From Gammaproteobacteria bacterium (lineage in GTDB: Bacteria > Pseudomonadota > Gammaproteobacteria > Eutrophobiales > Eutrophobiaceae): DNA of 64,000 nucleotides. A program made the position numbers and the translations under genes. Each line of letters starts with the position of its first letter. Positions within the stretch are counted from its first letter, which is position 1. The stretch covers positions 993,589-1,057,588 of the forward strand of contig CBDEUK010000002.1 of assembly GCA_965243205.1 (NCBI GenBank), given 5' to 3'. The notes below the pieces were generated by a model. The model saw nothing but the letters and a program-made list of their open reading frames with translations. It made no database searches and was not told the origin of the DNA. Shown one piece after another: positions 13,304 through 28,612 of this stretch.

Positions 13304-14242
13304 TTAGCTACTGTACATTCCTTCGACTTTAGCATCTTCATCCATATCTGATTTTGTAGAGAATCTATTTTGACTACGCACTAATCGTTTGATAGTTCGT
13401 AAATCTTTTTGAGTTAGGCTCATTGCCGCATCAACCCATATATCACAGATTTCTAATAAATTATCATAGTCTATCGGGCAAATCGTTTGACGAACTTTAC
13501 GAATTGCTTTGTGAGTATTTGAACGTTTAGCATTCGCACGGATGTAAGCATTTACTGCAGCTTTACCTGATCCTTCTTCAGCTAAAACATCAACAACTCC
13601 TTTGTTATACATATCTTCAGCAGAATAAACATTACCACTGAGCATCATCTTTTCTGCATCGTGTGGGCTCATTCTTTGAGCTAATAAATTATATGCACCC
13701 ATGCCAGGGAAAAGGTTAAACAAGACTTCCGGCAAACCCATTTCAGCATGTTTTTCAGCAATCACAACATGACTCGATAATGCAGCCTCAAAGCCACCAC
13801 CTAATGCATTTCCATTCACTAATGAAATCGTTGTAATGTCTAAATCAAATCCTTGGTAGTTTGGCTGAAAAGTTTGAATGCATTCATAAGCGTATTCGGT
13901 TAGCTTTTCTCGATTACCAGTTTCTATGCATTCGAGAAAATAATTTAAATCGCCACCAAAATTAAACACTGGATGATTGGAGGTAATAACATGGTATTCG
14001 ATGTCTACTAATTCACCTTCCCATGAAAGTTGACCTTTATGTTGTTTTAGAATCGTTTGAAATTCACGAATTTCTTTTAACAATTCGCGGTTCATGCAGG
14101 CCCTAGGCTTAGGATCCATATACAGCCATACAGATCGGTTTTCAGGAATAACTTCTACAGAAATTTGTTTGAACTGATTGAAGCGAACTTCATTAGCAAA
14201 ACGCACAGTATTAATAGCATGAAGAGTACTCATGGCTAACAT
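13304..14242 (-). CDS. enoyl-CoA hydratase/crotonase family protein (RpfF/DSF-synthase-like by context)
   Basis: Crotonase-fold core (LVNGNALGGGFEAALSSHVVIAEKHAEMGLPEV). Strong SD (GGAGGA) before the ATG. Convergent with the RpfC/RpfG-like pair. Confidence 0.7.
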   Translation of the reverse strand: MLAMSTLHAINTVRFANEVRFNQFKQISVEVIPENRSVWLYMDPKPRACMNRELLKEIREFQTILKQHKGQLSWEGELVDIEYHVITSNHPVFNFGGDLNYFLECIETGNREKLTEYAYECIQTFQPNYQGFDLDITTISLVNGNALGGGFEAALSSHVVIAEKHAEMGLPEVLFNLFPGMGAYNLLAQRMSPHDAEKMMLSGNVYSAEDMYNKGVVDVLAEEGSGKAAVNAYIRANAKRSNTHKAIRKVRQTICPIDYDNLLEICDIWVDAAMSLTQKDLRTIKRLVRSQNRFSTKSDMDEDAKVEGMYSS

Positions 14243-14476
14243 CCTCCTTCCGCTTTTCTAAGCAGAACTATATTTATTTAAAAAAAACAAATTTTATTTT
14301 TATAGTTTTAACGAGTGTTGTGTTGTAGCTAGATCTAACGCCCGGCTTACTTCACATTTATAGTTAACAGGAAAAGGGGTTATAAGGTCAAGAAAAAAAA
14401 TATAATAATTTCATGACCGTAGTCAGGGTTGTTCGATTAAAAAATGAAAATTAACCCATATGAGTGAAAGTAGATT

Positions 14477-14953
14477 CTAGGTTTTTGACGCTATTAAAGC
14501 GACTGCATGAACAGCAATTCCTTCCTTTCTTCCTAGGTACCCGAGCTTCTCAGTAGTGGTAGCTTTGATATTGATTTGATCAGTTGAAACCACCATATCT
14601 TGTGCAATGTTATCTTTCATTAACGACATATAGTTAGCCAGTTTTGGAGCTTGAGCAACAATTGTGATGTCTGCATTGACTAATTGATAGTTTTTTTCAT
14701 TCAAAAAGTTAGTCACTTTTCTTAATAAAATTCTACTATCAATATCCTTAAATTCGGCATCAGTATCAGGAAAAAAACACCCAATATCTCCCATTCCAGC
14801 AGCGCCTAATAATGCGTCACAAAGTGCATGTAATACCGCATCTGCATCAGAATGACCCAATAAACCCATTTCATATGGGATGGTGACTCCGCCAAGAATC
14901 AGTCTTCTATTCTCTGCAAACGCATGAACATCGTAACCATGTCCAATTCTCAT
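14477..14953 (-). CDS. ispF: 2-C-methyl-D-erythritol 2,4-cyclodiphosphate synthase
   Basis: 158 aa with the IspF motif ([10 protein letters not shown]...[12 protein letters not shown]...). Confidence 0.9.
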   Translation of the reverse strand: MRIGHGYDVHAFAENRRLILGGVTIPYEMGLLGHSDADAVLHALCDALLGAAGMGDIGCFFPDTDAEFKDIDSRILLRKVTNFLNEKNYQLVNADITIVAQAPKLANYMSLMKDNIAQDMVVSTDQINIKATTTEKLGYLGRKEGIAVHAVALIASKT

Positions 14954-15660
14954 GGGGAAATACTCCTATTTTTTAGATAATCTTCAGCAAGTTTAAGATC
15001 ACCTATATGAGTTATCTTGTTGGTGTAAGAATGTGCCGCAATCAACATAGGTTTGACACCTGTGAGTTCAATCGCTTGAGCCTCATCTGTCACAATACTC
15101 TTATTATCAATAGAGGATTTTAGTGCTTTAACTAATTTTTCCAAACGAAAGATTTGAGGGGTCATTGCGTGCCAAAGATTTTCGCGCTCTACTGTATCAA
15201 TAACTTCATTATTGATATTACTACGTTTCATTGTATCTCTAACAGGATACGCTAAAATTCCTCCAACAGGATGATTTGAAACCTGTTCAATTAAATCATT
15301 CAACTGTTGAAAATCAATACATGGACGTGCTGCATCATGAACCATAACCCAATCATTATCATCAGCAAATTCTTGCAAGTGCAGCAAACCATTTAATACA
15401 GAGTAACAACGTTCTTCTCCACCTATAACTGTAATCAGTTTTGCATGTTGAGATAATTTAATCTCAGGCCAATAAGGATCATCTTTACCTATGACAACGA
15501 TAACTTTTTCTATCTGTTTAAAATCAATAAACGTTTCTAATGTATGTTCAAGTATGGTTTTACCTAACAGCTCAATATACTGTTTCGGTTTATCGACTTG
15601 CATTCGACGTCCAACACCTGCTGCAGGTATCACCGCCCAATAACGTGGTTTATTTTGCAT
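14950..15660 (-). CDS. ispD: 2-C-methyl-D-erythritol 4-phosphate cytidylyltransferase
   Basis: 236 aa; N-terminal [11 protein letters not shown] motif; overlaps ispF by 4 nt. Confidence 0.9.
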   Translation of the reverse strand: MQNKPRYWAVIPAAGVGRRMQVDKPKQYIELLGKTILEHTLETFIDFKQIEKVIVVIGKDDPYWPEIKLSQHAKLITVIGGEERCYSVLNGLLHLQEFADDNDWVMVHDAARPCIDFQQLNDLIEQVSNHPVGGILAYPVRDTMKRSNINNEVIDTVERENLWHAMTPQIFRLEKLVKALKSSIDNKSIVTDEAQAIELTGVKPMLIAAHSYTNKITHIGDLKLAEDYLKNRSISP

Positions 15661-15663
15661 GAG

Positions 15664-15963
15664 TTAATGCGAAGAAGTTTGTTTAGAGTTATGGTTTTCG
15701 ATTACTCGATAAAAAGTTTCATTACTTTTGATCATTCCCATTTCACTACGAGCACGTTCTTCAAGCGCTTCCATCCCTTGTTTTAGATCAACCACTTCTG
15801 CAGCTAAAGAATCATTACGTTCTTTAAGCTGTTCATTTTCTGTAATCTGTTGTGCATGATGTTGTTTTAAATGATGAACCTCCGCTAGTCCACCATTACC
15901 GAACCAAAGCCGATATTGAAGTATTGCTAATAAACAGATTAATGCCGTAAATAAAAATCTCAT
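15664..15963 (-). CDS. ftsB: cell division protein FtsB
   Basis: 99 aa; N-terminal TM, then a coiled coil. LQYRLWFGNGG matches the FtsB consensus. Confidence 0.85.
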   Translation of the reverse strand: MRFLFTALICLLAILQYRLWFGNGGLAEVHHLKQHHAQQITENEQLKERNDSLAAEVVDLKQGMEALEERARSEMGMIKSNETFYRVIENHNSKQTSSH

Positions 15964-15976
15964 TTCATTAAGTAAA

Positions 15977-17266
<1,290 letters not shown>

Positions 17267-17299
17267 CTAATCTCCTAACTCATCTAATTTTAATATTTT

Positions 17300-19805
<2,506 letters not shown>

Positions 19806-19904
19806 TTAAAACAACTAATCACATAAGAAATAACACGTAATCAGAATGGACAGACATACTAACAAATACTGACTGATTCGACTATGAATAAATCATCGAT
19901 TCGT

Positions 19905-21650
19905 TTAAAAACCATTATCTTTTCGGTGATAACTCTGTTCAATATCTTGTCGCGTTACTATTCCGTAGATTCTATCCGCTGCGGCACCGATTCGTTGAAT
20001 CACATACAATGCTTCAGCTTCTGAATCATCAAGTAATTTTAGTGCTTGTTGTAAGGTTGCTTGCTGCATCACAGGCTCTAATTGCAAACGTTTAGATGGG
20101 ACTTCGAACAAATCAAAGTTCTCTTCTGCTGATTCTTCAAGATACCTAGCCAAATCAGCCGCAGGCATTAATAACAATTTTTCGTCACGACGAATCACTA
20201 ACCATTTAGGTTTATTGGCCAATAATTTCATTGCCTGTTCCTTGGTTAACTCAGCATTGACGATTAAAAACTCTTTGTTCATAACAGAGCCAACGGCAAA
20301 TCGTCTCAACGACTGAGCGATAGGGTCATTGCGATAATCCAGGCCTATCTGTTTCATCTGTGAAATAAAAACAGATTCTTGACCAAATAATTCTCTTGCT
20401 GCAAGGCTAGCCGTTACAATCGCCAACATACCAGGAAAAATAATATTTTGATTACCCGTCAATTCCAGTAATGCAATCAAAGCGGCTAATGGTGCTTGCA
20501 AAGTTGCACCCATCATTGCACCCATACCTAACATGGCATACAAACCTGGATGAGAAATCGCTCCAGGAAATAAACTAGCAATTTGCCCTACTAAACCTCC
20601 TAATAATGCGCCCATCACAATGGTAGGACCTATCATTCCACCCGGAACCCCAAGTCCTATACTGATTGATGTTGCTAGCAATTTAGCAATAGCAATAAAG
20701 CACAAAATCGCAATGGTTAAATCCCCAATTAAGGCTTTATTGACTGTGTCGTAGCCGATGCTCATCACTTCTGGCACTAGCCCACTAATCGATGTAAGTA
20801 GAAATCCAGCTAAAAGAATCCGCATACTGATATGGTAATCCTGGCTCATGGAGGTAATTTTTTTTACCGAATTGATAAAAATGGTTGAAAAACCGCCAAT
20901 CAAACACCCCATGATCATAATTACCACAAGCTCATATAACGACCCTAACTCGAAGGCAGGAACCAAAAATATGGGTTCTGTATGAAATATCGTTCGAGAA
21001 ATCGCAGTGGCGCTCACTGCCGCAAGAATAATGGGAGTAAATCCAGCAATGGTGTATTCCATTAATACAACTTCCATCGCAAAAATCACCCCGGCCAAAG
21101 GTGTATTAAACGAGGCGGCGATAGCTGCAGCTGAACCACAGGCCACAAGATTGCGAATGCTATTATTTGGCAAACGCAAACGCTGACCTAAATAACTCGC
21201 TATACCCGCCCCGACATGAATACTGGGCCCTTCTCGACCAACGGAATGTCCCGAAATGACGGCAATAGCACTACCAAAGAACTGCAGAATCGTATTTTTT
21301 AACGGTAAATGTCCTTCGTGGTAGGCTAAACGCTCAAGGACATGAATTACCCCCACTCTAGGAGTCGTTTTTCTAAAAAAAGCATAAATAATGGCCAGTA
21401 TTAAACTACCCACCATTAAGAACGAGGCTCTTGCCATCCAAGATAAGCCTTCGTAATTTTCTGGATCGGCTCCTGGTAAGAAAGACGCTTGGCTCCATTC
21501 GATTAGAAACCGTAATAACACAATCAAAAGGCCGACAACGATACCACTCACCATGCCTAATAATGACAAAATAGGCAGCGCGCTAGCGTTAGCAAGTCGT
21601 GAATTGAACTTATCACGCAAAAGATTTATAAAATCAATGGGTTTAATCAC
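19905..21650 (-). CDS. ClC family voltage-gated chloride channel / H+-Cl- antiporter with C-terminal CBS domains
   Basis: GREGP and GxxxP selectivity motifs, many TM helices, C-terminal CBS pair. Confidence 0.85.
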   Translation of the reverse strand: MIKPIDFINLLRDKFNSRLANASALPILSLLGMVSGIVVGLLIVLLRFLIEWSQASFLPGADPENYEGLSWMARASFLMVGSLILAIIYAFFRKTTPRVGVIHVLERLAYHEGHLPLKNTILQFFGSAIAVISGHSVGREGPSIHVGAGIASYLGQRLRLPNNSIRNLVACGSAAAIAASFNTPLAGVIFAMEVVLMEYTIAGFTPIILAAVSATAISRTIFHTEPIFLVPAFELGSLYELVVIMIMGCLIGGFSTIFINSVKKITSMSQDYHISMRILLAGFLLTSISGLVPEVMSIGYDTVNKALIGDLTIAILCFIAIAKLLATSISIGLGVPGGMIGPTIVMGALLGGLVGQIASLFPGAISHPGLYAMLGMGAMMGATLQAPLAALIALLELTGNQNIIFPGMLAIVTASLAARELFGQESVFISQMKQIGLDYRNDPIAQSLRRFAVGSVMNKEFLIVNAELTKEQAMKLLANKPKWLVIRRDEKLLLMPAADLARYLEESAEENFDLFEVPSKRLQLEPVMQQATLQQALKLLDDSEAEALYVIQRIGAAADRIYGIVTRQDIEQSYHRKDNGF

Positions 21651-21852
21651 GTTATTGTTACCTATTATTCATGATTTTAGATAAAAGACGTTATAGAATA
21701 CGCGTTCAACTTATCTGGTCTGGTTCGGGAAATACACCCGATACCAACAATTACTAATTAAATTACAATAAAATCGTTAGGAAAAACCTTCAGTAATTCT
21801 GTGTATTACAAATTTTTTCCATCCGGTCAAATTACTCAGAGGAGATACCGGC

Positions 21853-23526
21853 ATGTCTGATATTGAAATCGCCCAAAAGGCGAATAAAAAACGCATCATT
21901 GATCTTGCTAAAGAGCAATACGAAATTGATAGCGAACATCTAGAGCCATATGGCCACTATAAAGCAAAATTATCTCTAGACTATATCTCAAGTTTACAAA
22001 ATAAACCCGATGGTAAATTAATCCTTACCACTGCTATCAGCCCTACTCCAGCTGGAGAAGGTAAAACCACTACCACCGTAGGTCTCGGTGATGCCATGAA
22101 CCGCATCGGCAAAAAAACCATGATCTGTTTACGTGAACCATCACTTGGTCCTTGTTTTGGTGTTAAAGGTGGAGCTGCTGGTGGCGGTTATGCGCAAGTT
22201 GTTCCTATGGAAGACATCAACCTGCATTTCACTGGTGACTTCCATGCAATCGGTGCTGCTCATAACTTACTATCTGCAATGATTGATAATCATATTAATC
22301 ATGGAAACGCCCTCAACCTTGATCCTCGCTTAATTGCTTGGAAACGTGTGGTTGATATGAATGACCGTGCTCTACGTAAAGTGGTTATTTCTTTAGGTGG
22401 TACAGCAAACGGTTTTCCTCGTGAAGATGGTTATGACATTACCGTTGCTTCTGAAGTCATGGCTATTTTCTGTTTAGCAACATCATTAGATGATTTGAAA
22501 CAACGTTTAGGCGATATCGTTATTGGTTATACACGTGGTGATAAAAAACCTGTGCATGCTCGTGAGATTAATGCTCAAGGCGCGATGGCAGCCTTATTAA
22601 AAGATGCGATTAAACCAAACCTTGTTCAAACCTTAGAAAACAACCTAGCCTTTATTCACGGTGGCCCATTCGCGAATATTGCTCATGGTTGTAATACCGT
22701 AACAGCGACTCAAACTGCACTTAAATTAGCGGATTATGTTGTGACTGAAGCTGGATTTGGTGCGGATTTAGGTGCAGAAAAATTCATTGATATTAAATGT
22801 CGTAAAGCGGGTTTAAAACCGGCTGCTGTTGTTTTAGTTGCAACTATTCGCGCACTTAAGTTCCACGGCGGTGTTGCTAAAGACGAACTTAACAATGAAA
22901 ACTTAGATGCTTTAGAAAAAGGTATGGTTAACTTAGAGCGTCATATGAATAACATTCAAGAACACTATGGTTTACCTTGTGTCGTTTGTATCAACCATTT
23001 CACTTTTGATACCGATGCAGAAGTAGCAATGCTACAAAAACGTGTTGAAGAGCTAGGTGGTAAATGTGTTGTATCGAAACACTGGGCTGATGGTGGCGCA
23101 GGGGCAGAAGATCTAGCACACGCTGTTATCGATGTAGTCGATAATAACCCTGGTGAACATACTTTTGTTTACGATGAAAACTTACCAGTTATGGAAAAAA
23201 TCGAAGCGATTGCGACAAAAATTTATGGTGCTAGTAATGTTACAGCTAGCCCTAAAGTGAAAGCTGAGATCGATAAGCTCAGTGAAAACTACCCTAACCT
23301 TCCAGTTTGTATGGCAAAGACTCAAATGTCTTTTTCTACTAATCCAACTGCGAAAGGCGCTCCAAGTGGGCACACTGTCGAGATTACTGAAGTAAGACTC
23401 TCAGCAGGCGCAGGTTTTATCGTTGCTATTGCTGGTAGCATGATGACCATGCCGGGCTTACCGAAAGTACCTGCAGCTGAAAAAATTGATGTCGATAGCG
23501 AAGGAAATATTTCAGGTCTATTCTAA
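21853..23526 (+). CDS. fhs: formate--tetrahydrofolate ligase
   Basis: 557 aa with FTHFS family hallmarks ([15 protein letters not shown]...). Confidence 0.95.
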   Translation: MSDIEIAQKANKKRIIDLAKEQYEIDSEHLEPYGHYKAKLSLDYISSLQNKPDGKLILTTAISPTPAGEGKTTTTVGLGDAMNRIGKKTMICLREPSLGPCFGVKGGAAGGGYAQVVPMEDINLHFTGDFHAIGAAHNLLSAMIDNHINHGNALNLDPRLIAWKRVVDMNDRALRKVVISLGGTANGFPREDGYDITVASEVMAIFCLATSLDDLKQRLGDIVIGYTRGDKKPVHAREINAQGAMAALLKDAIKPNLVQTLENNLAFIHGGPFANIAHGCNTVTATQTALKLADYVVTEAGFGADLGAEKFIDIKCRKAGLKPAAVVLVATIRALKFHGGVAKDELNNENLDALEKGMVNLERHMNNIQEHYGLPCVVCINHFTFDTDAEVAMLQKRVEELGGKCVVSKHWADGGAGAEDLAHAVIDVVDNNPGEHTFVYDENLPVMEKIEAIATKIYGASNVTASPKVKAEIDKLSENYPNLPVCMAKTQMSFSTNPTAKGAPSGHTVEITEVRLSAGAGFIVAIAGSMMTMPGLPKVPAAEKIDVDSEGNISGLF

Positions 23527-23543
23527 ACTATCAATTTAATCTA

Positions 23544-23574
23544 TAAAAAAACCCGGCTAGTCCGGGTTTTTTTA
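23544..23574. terminator. bidirectional rho-independent terminator between fhs and the convergent gene
   Basis: AAAAAAACCCGGctagTCCGGGTTTTTTT: GC stem flanked by an A-run and a T-run. Confidence 0.7.
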
Positions 23575-24573
23575 TTTCGTATAAATTATTTTTAAATATT
23601 CATCAGCATTGTGTAAGTAAAATTCTTTTCGAGTTTTATTCACCATCTCTTTAAACCAAGGAACCGCTTTTTTAGGTAAGTCATCAAGTAAATGAATTGA
23701 CTTTAATGGTATGAGTACTTTATCTCCAAAAGGATTTAACGTCAGTTCATATAAATGATTATCTTTTTTCTGTTGTAGTTTGATATATTTCCAATCGACA
23801 AACACACCTTTTTTTATGATCTCTTTTAATGTTTGAGCGATTAAAATTAAATCAGCTGAAATTTTAAGACACATCTTTTGTTTTAATTGTTTATGTTTAA
23901 TATCTTTAAACACATAATGCAATCCTGTCTTAGTATAAAAAACGTAATTCTTTTCTGTAACCTTCCATCCAGCTTGGACTAATATTTTTTTTGAAATTTT
24001 TTCTGCTGCATTATTTAAATATTCCATATCACAATGCATTCGTTCACAAATGGAATTTATAATGTTTTGTTCTAAAGCAGCTTGTTGATTAATAACCGGA
24101 CTGGTAATTACGACAGGATAGTTATCAACTAATAAATAAGAAGCATAATTATTATCCGTATACACTTGAAAGTGAGAATAATCATCCATACTGTTATATA
24201 CATCTATCAATTTATCTGCATAGGTTAAAACATCGTTGCTCCAACGATATAATTTTTGACGTTTCTTTTTATCTTTTACAACTACAGCTTGCTCTCGTGC
24301 GCGTTCAGATTCCTCTTCATATACAGTGATCATCTCATTGAGTACTATTTGAATATATTGATAAACCTCAAATTGATTGGCCTTTGAAAATTTGTCAGTT
24401 AATACACTCAATCGAGTCTTTTGTTTTTTTTTGCTGGCTTCTGTTTGTGGAAAGATAATTAACTCAGGCTTTTCAACAGAAAAAACATAATCTTGTAAAG
24501 ACAATGCTGATACTGAATAAAGTATCAACATTAAAAACGATGGGATAAGAAATTTATGCCTTGTGTTCAACAT
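23572..24573 (-). CDS. hypothetical secreted protein
   Basis: 333 aa ORF with N-terminal signal peptide. Confidence 0.5.
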   Translation of the reverse strand: MLNTRHKFLIPSFLMLILYSVSALSLQDYVFSVEKPELIIFPQTEASKKKQKTRLSVLTDKFSKANQFEVYQYIQIVLNEMITVYEEESERAREQAVVVKDKKKRQKLYRWSNDVLTYADKLIDVYNSMDDYSHFQVYTDNNYASYLLVDNYPVVITSPVINQQAALEQNIINSICERMHCDMEYLNNAAEKISKKILVQAGWKVTEKNYVFYTKTGLHYVFKDIKHKQLKQKMCLKISADLILIAQTLKEIIKKGVFVDWKYIKLQQKKDNHLYELTLNPFGDKVLIPLKSIHLLDDLPKKAVPWFKEMVNKTRKEFYLHNADEYLKIIYTK

Positions 24574-24623
24574 TGAACACAGTTTAAAACGTTTTATATT
24601 AACGATAAATAACTATCTGTTAT

Positions 24624-25280
24624 TTAAGAGTCCGAAATAGAAAATAACTTTCCAAGGCTATTCATTGTGACTCGATAAAACATTTTATCTATTCCAGTAT
24701 AGATAGATAACAGCGCAACTAGATAAGCAAAAAGTAATAGCCCGATAAGAAATAAACTACCTATTGATTGATTTAAAAGAAAGATTGAAAAAGGCAATGA
24801 TGCCGGCACTGAAAAGCTTAACATTAAACCAGGATGAGACTTATAAATTAACGAACTCATCGCAACTAAGATAGCGATTACAATAGCAAATGAAAAATTG
24901 AATATAAGGCTTTGATTACCGCTAAATTCTATAAACTCGTTCGCTGCGATACCCATTCCGCCCCAAAATAAACCTGAAATGAAAGCACCAACGAACAACA
25001 AAACAAACCAAATAGAACACGCTTCAACTGATAATGGTTTATTATTTTGATAACTTATATAGGTTATATATCTCAAACAACAAAACAATGAATAACTCAT
25101 AAACCAATAAATAATCAGTTTATGTTCATGAAAGCCCCAAAGAATCAAAGAAACTATGCTAGCAGTTAGAAAGCATAAAAAAATGGTAAGGGCTAAACCA
25201 GAAAAATATAACTTATCAAGCTCTTTAATGAATCTGTGTGGCTTAAACTCATTATTTGAGTTACTGAATGATTGATACAT
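24624..25280 (-). CDS. hypothetical integral membrane protein
   Basis: 218 aa with about 5 hydrophobic helices. Confidence 0.5.
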   Translation of the reverse strand: MYQSFSNSNNEFKPHRFIKELDKLYFSGLALTIFLCFLTASIVSLILWGFHEHKLIIYWFMSYSLFCCLRYITYISYQNNKPLSVEACSIWFVLLFVGAFISGLFWGGMGIAANEFIEFSGNQSLIFNFSFAIVIAILVAMSSLIYKSHPGLMLSFSVPASLPFSIFLLNQSIGSLFLIGLLLFAYLVALLSIYTGIDKMFYRVTMNSLGKLFSISDS

Positions 25281-25454
25281 AGTGCATTAGTTATTTTTAT
25301 AATGTATTTATGAATTCCTAAAATATTCACAAATCATCCCTAACTACTGCCTAACTATACCCAGTTGTCATAAATATGTCATTTTTTTCATAAAAACGAC
25401 ATATAAATACATTTAAAATATTATTTTCATCTTATATTTCAAAGAGTTCCAAGT

Positions 25455-27080
25455 TTAAGAATGATAATATTTAAGCGCTTTTATACGGCTATCATGCACT
25501 GCGGCTGCTTCTATATGAGATAATACATTATGACGTTCTAATTCTTCAGTCACTTTATTTTCGCCTAAAACAACCATCACATCTTTTCCATCTTGTAATT
25601 CTTTAATGATCATATCTTCAATCGCTTTTATCGATGTATAGTCGATCGATGTCACATCATGTAGATCAAAAATAATAGATTCATAATTTTCCAATGCAGC
25701 TAATTTCTGGACTACACCTTTAGCCATCGGAAAAGACATCGGTCCATGAATTTGATACATCATTAATTTACCTTCCGCTCTTTCAATCAAGCTTATTTCT
25801 TCTTGCATAAGCCCTTCACTATCTTCAACTGTTCGAATTACGCGAAGCTCACTTAATGATAGATTAGCCATTCGTTGCATAAAGACAAAAGCAGAGATAC
25901 CCATACCAATACCAACAGCTAAGATTAAATCGACAAATATCGTCACTAGCATAACAATGACCATAATAGCTGTACTTAGCCAATAGATTTTTTTGAAATC
26001 TTTAAAGTAAGCCCAATCAATAATATCCGTTCCAACTTTAATTAATATACCTGCCAATACCGCATCAGGAATATAGCTCGCGTATTTACCTGCACCTAAA
26101 ACTATAATCAATAACACAACAGCATGTAATGAACCTGAAATAGGCGTGCGCCCACCAGCTTTTACATTAACCACTGTTCTCATCGTTGCACCGGCACCAG
26201 GTAAACCACCAAACATACCTGCTATGGTGTTACCAATACCTTGGCCTATAAGTTCTTTATTCGAATCATGTTGGTCACTAGTGACCTTATCCGCTACCAA
26301 CGAAGTCAATAATGAATCGATTGCACCTAAAACCGCTAGAACTAACGCAGACTTTAGCATGCCAGGTAATAACTCAAGATTGAAAATTGGCATCGTAGGA
26401 TTAGGAATACCTGTAGGAATATCTCCAAGTGTTTTAGTGTCACTATCAGGCATTAAAAAGATTAATGTTAGAGTGCCTACTATTAACGCCATCAACGGCC
26501 CAGGAAGTAACTTATTTATTTTTGGTGGAATAAAATAAACGATCACTAATGCTAGTCCTGCAAGGATCATTGCATCGAACCCAGGAGATTCTATATAAGT
26601 ATAAATTGATTGAACCGATTCTAAAGGAGACTTTAATTGTGGGTGACCAAATAAAGGACCTATCTGCAATAGAATAATAATGATACCGATACCACTCATA
26701 AAACCTGACAGTACTGGCGCAGGTACGTAGTTTATATAACCACCTAAACGCATCATCCCCATAAGGATTTGCATTACACCACCCAACATAACGACTGTAA
26801 ATGCATAAGCTGGTCCCATCGTAGGATCCAATGCTACATAGTGCGTAAAGATTCCTGCCATGACCACCGTCATTGGGCCTGTTGGGCCAGAGACTTGGGA
26901 CTTAGTACCACCGAATAACGCAGCGAAAAACCCAACAAAGATTGCACCGTATAAACCAGCAATAGGCCCAGCACCTGAAGTTTTGCCAAACGCTAAAGCA
27001 AGAGGCAATGCCACAACAGCTGCAGTAATACCTCCATATATATCACCACGTAAATTCCAAGTTTCAAATTTATTAATCAT
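25455..27080 (-). CDS. SulP family anion transporter with C-terminal STAS domain
   Basis: 541 aa; SulP membrane core and a STAS tail. Confidence 0.85.
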   Translation of the reverse strand: MINKFETWNLRGDIYGGITAAVVALPLALAFGKTSGAGPIAGLYGAIFVGFFAALFGGTKSQVSGPTGPMTVVMAGIFTHYVALDPTMGPAYAFTVVMLGGVMQILMGMMRLGGYINYVPAPVLSGFMSGIGIIIILLQIGPLFGHPQLKSPLESVQSIYTYIESPGFDAMILAGLALVIVYFIPPKINKLLPGPLMALIVGTLTLIFLMPDSDTKTLGDIPTGIPNPTMPIFNLELLPGMLKSALVLAVLGAIDSLLTSLVADKVTSDQHDSNKELIGQGIGNTIAGMFGGLPGAGATMRTVVNVKAGGRTPISGSLHAVVLLIIVLGAGKYASYIPDAVLAGILIKVGTDIIDWAYFKDFKKIYWLSTAIMVIVMLVTIFVDLILAVGIGMGISAFVFMQRMANLSLSELRVIRTVEDSEGLMQEEISLIERAEGKLMMYQIHGPMSFPMAKGVVQKLAALENYESIIFDLHDVTSIDYTSIKAIEDMIIKELQDGKDVMVVLGENKVTEELERHNVLSHIEAAAVHDSRIKALKYYHS

Positions 27081-27159
27081 GATGCTTAATTCCTAATTTA
27101 TTAAATTTATTATTATTATCTAACTTAAATAAAGTATAACAGAACAAACAGACAGGATA

Positions 27160-27588
27160 TCAAGAACCATCCATGATGATTTGGCAACTGACCTCAAACT
27201 TACATTGCATTTTATTGTTTTCATTGCAGACTGATTGACCATTTTCATTCATTAACCAATTTAATGAACTTGTAATCACCAAACAATCAACCGTTATTGG
27301 TTTTGCATCTAAACGTACCATTTCATTATCACTTTTATAAATACATCCGATGAATTCGCCATGATTTTCAATAGAAACGTCAATCAGCTCAGAAACGTTT
27401 AACACTTGTTTTAAAGTGGTTTTATCCGATACGGTCCAATCAAAATCTTTAGATATCTTTCTTGATTTAATCAACTCTATAGAGGGGCAGGTATACGCTT
27501 CAGCATATAAATCGAAAGGCAGCATTATATTAATAAGAGTTATGAATATGGATAATAACCTTTTGATACTAAAACTCTTCATAGCCAT
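27160..27588 (-). CDS. hypothetical secreted protein
   Basis: 142 aa with signal peptide; overlaps the upstream GNAT stop. Confidence 0.45.
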   Translation of the reverse strand: MAMKSFSIKRLLSIFITLINIMLPFDLYAEAYTCPSIELIKSRKISKDFDWTVSDKTTLKQVLNVSELIDVSIENHGEFIGCIYKSDNEMVRLDAKPITVDCLVITSSLNWLMNENGQSVCNENNKMQCKFEVSCQIIMDGS

Positions 27589-28040
27589 TTCTCCATAAAA
27601 TACTGTTCAAACATTAAATTTTTGTAATGTTTATTTTGCTGCTTAACAACATTAAAACCGTTTGCTAAAAAAAATGGTTTAGCAGTAACACTAACATCAG
27701 CAAATAAACGTTTGGTCTTTTCTTTTTTTGCATTTTTTTCTATCTTTGTTAATAACATATTGCCAACTCCTTTACGTTGCCATTCATGGTGAACGTAAAA
27801 ACAATCAATATGTCCAGGATATTGATATTCAGCAAAACCTAAGATCTGTTCATCTTTTTCAACAACATTAACAAAGTAATTATCGAATCGCTTGAGCCAA
27901 AAATCATCTTGCATAATTTCAGATGCCCAAACTTCAAGATGCTTGTCAGAGTAGTCTTTTGAATTAACTTTACGAACGGTATTAAAATACAGCTCAGAAA
28001 TTTGAGCCACATCCTGTTTTTTCCATTCTCTGACTTTCAT
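27579..28040 (-). CDS. GNAT family N-acetyltransferase
   Basis: 153 aa; ...QRKGVGNMLLTKIE... acetyl-CoA binding motif. Confidence 0.75.
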   Translation of the reverse strand: MKVREWKKQDVAQISELYFNTVRKVNSKDYSDKHLEVWASEIMQDDFWLKRFDNYFVNVVEKDEQILGFAEYQYPGHIDCFYVHHEWQRKGVGNMLLTKIEKNAKKEKTKRLFADVSVTAKPFFLANGFNVVKQQNKHYKNLMFEQYFMEKWL

Positions 28041-28609
28041 TATTTAGTATTCTTTAACTCTTTATAACGATGGCAATCTACAACATGATCATTAACCATG
28101 CCGACAGCTTGCATAAACGCATAACAAATCGTACTACCAACGAATTTAAAACCACGTTTTTTTAAATCTTTTGATATATCATCTGATAAATCAGTTTTAG
28201 CAGGAATCTCTTTCAATGTTTTCCAAGAATTTTGAATTGGTTGATTATCGACATAAGACCAAATGTATTTATTGAAGGTTCCAAACTCTTCTCTGACTTC
28301 AATAAAAGCATTTGCATTAATAACCGTGGCTCGTATTTTTAATTGGTTCCTAATAATTCCTTCATTTTTTAACAATAACTGAATCTTTTTCTCTTTATAG
28401 TTCGCAATTTTATTAAAATCAAAACCATCAAAAACTTCTCGATAATTTTTACGTTTTTTTAGGACCGTGATCCAACTTAAACCAGCTTGAGCACCTTCAA
28501 GAATTAAATATTCAAATAATTTTTTATCTGAATGAACTGGAACACCCCATTCCTTATCATGATATGTCACATAGAGTGGATCATTCCCACACCATTCACA
28601 GCGTTTCAT
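28040..28609 (-). CDS. tag: DNA-3-methyladenine glycosylase I
   Basis: 189 aa; N-terminal CEWCGNDPLYVTYHDKEWGVP is the Tag signature. Confidence 0.85.
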   Translation of the reverse strand: MKRCEWCGNDPLYVTYHDKEWGVPVHSDKKLFEYLILEGAQAGLSWITVLKKRKNYREVFDGFDFNKIANYKEKKIQLLLKNEGIIRNQLKIRATVINANAFIEVREEFGTFNKYIWSYVDNQPIQNSWKTLKEIPAKTDLSDDISKDLKKRGFKFVGSTICYAFMQAVGMVNDHVVDCHRYKELKNTK

Positions 28610-28612
28610 TTT

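Noticed and set aside
26146-27096. Plus-strand ORFs (130 and 78 aa) within the SulP gene
   Set aside because: Antisense to a clear transporter gene; Ala/Pro-rich translation is typical of an antisense frame.
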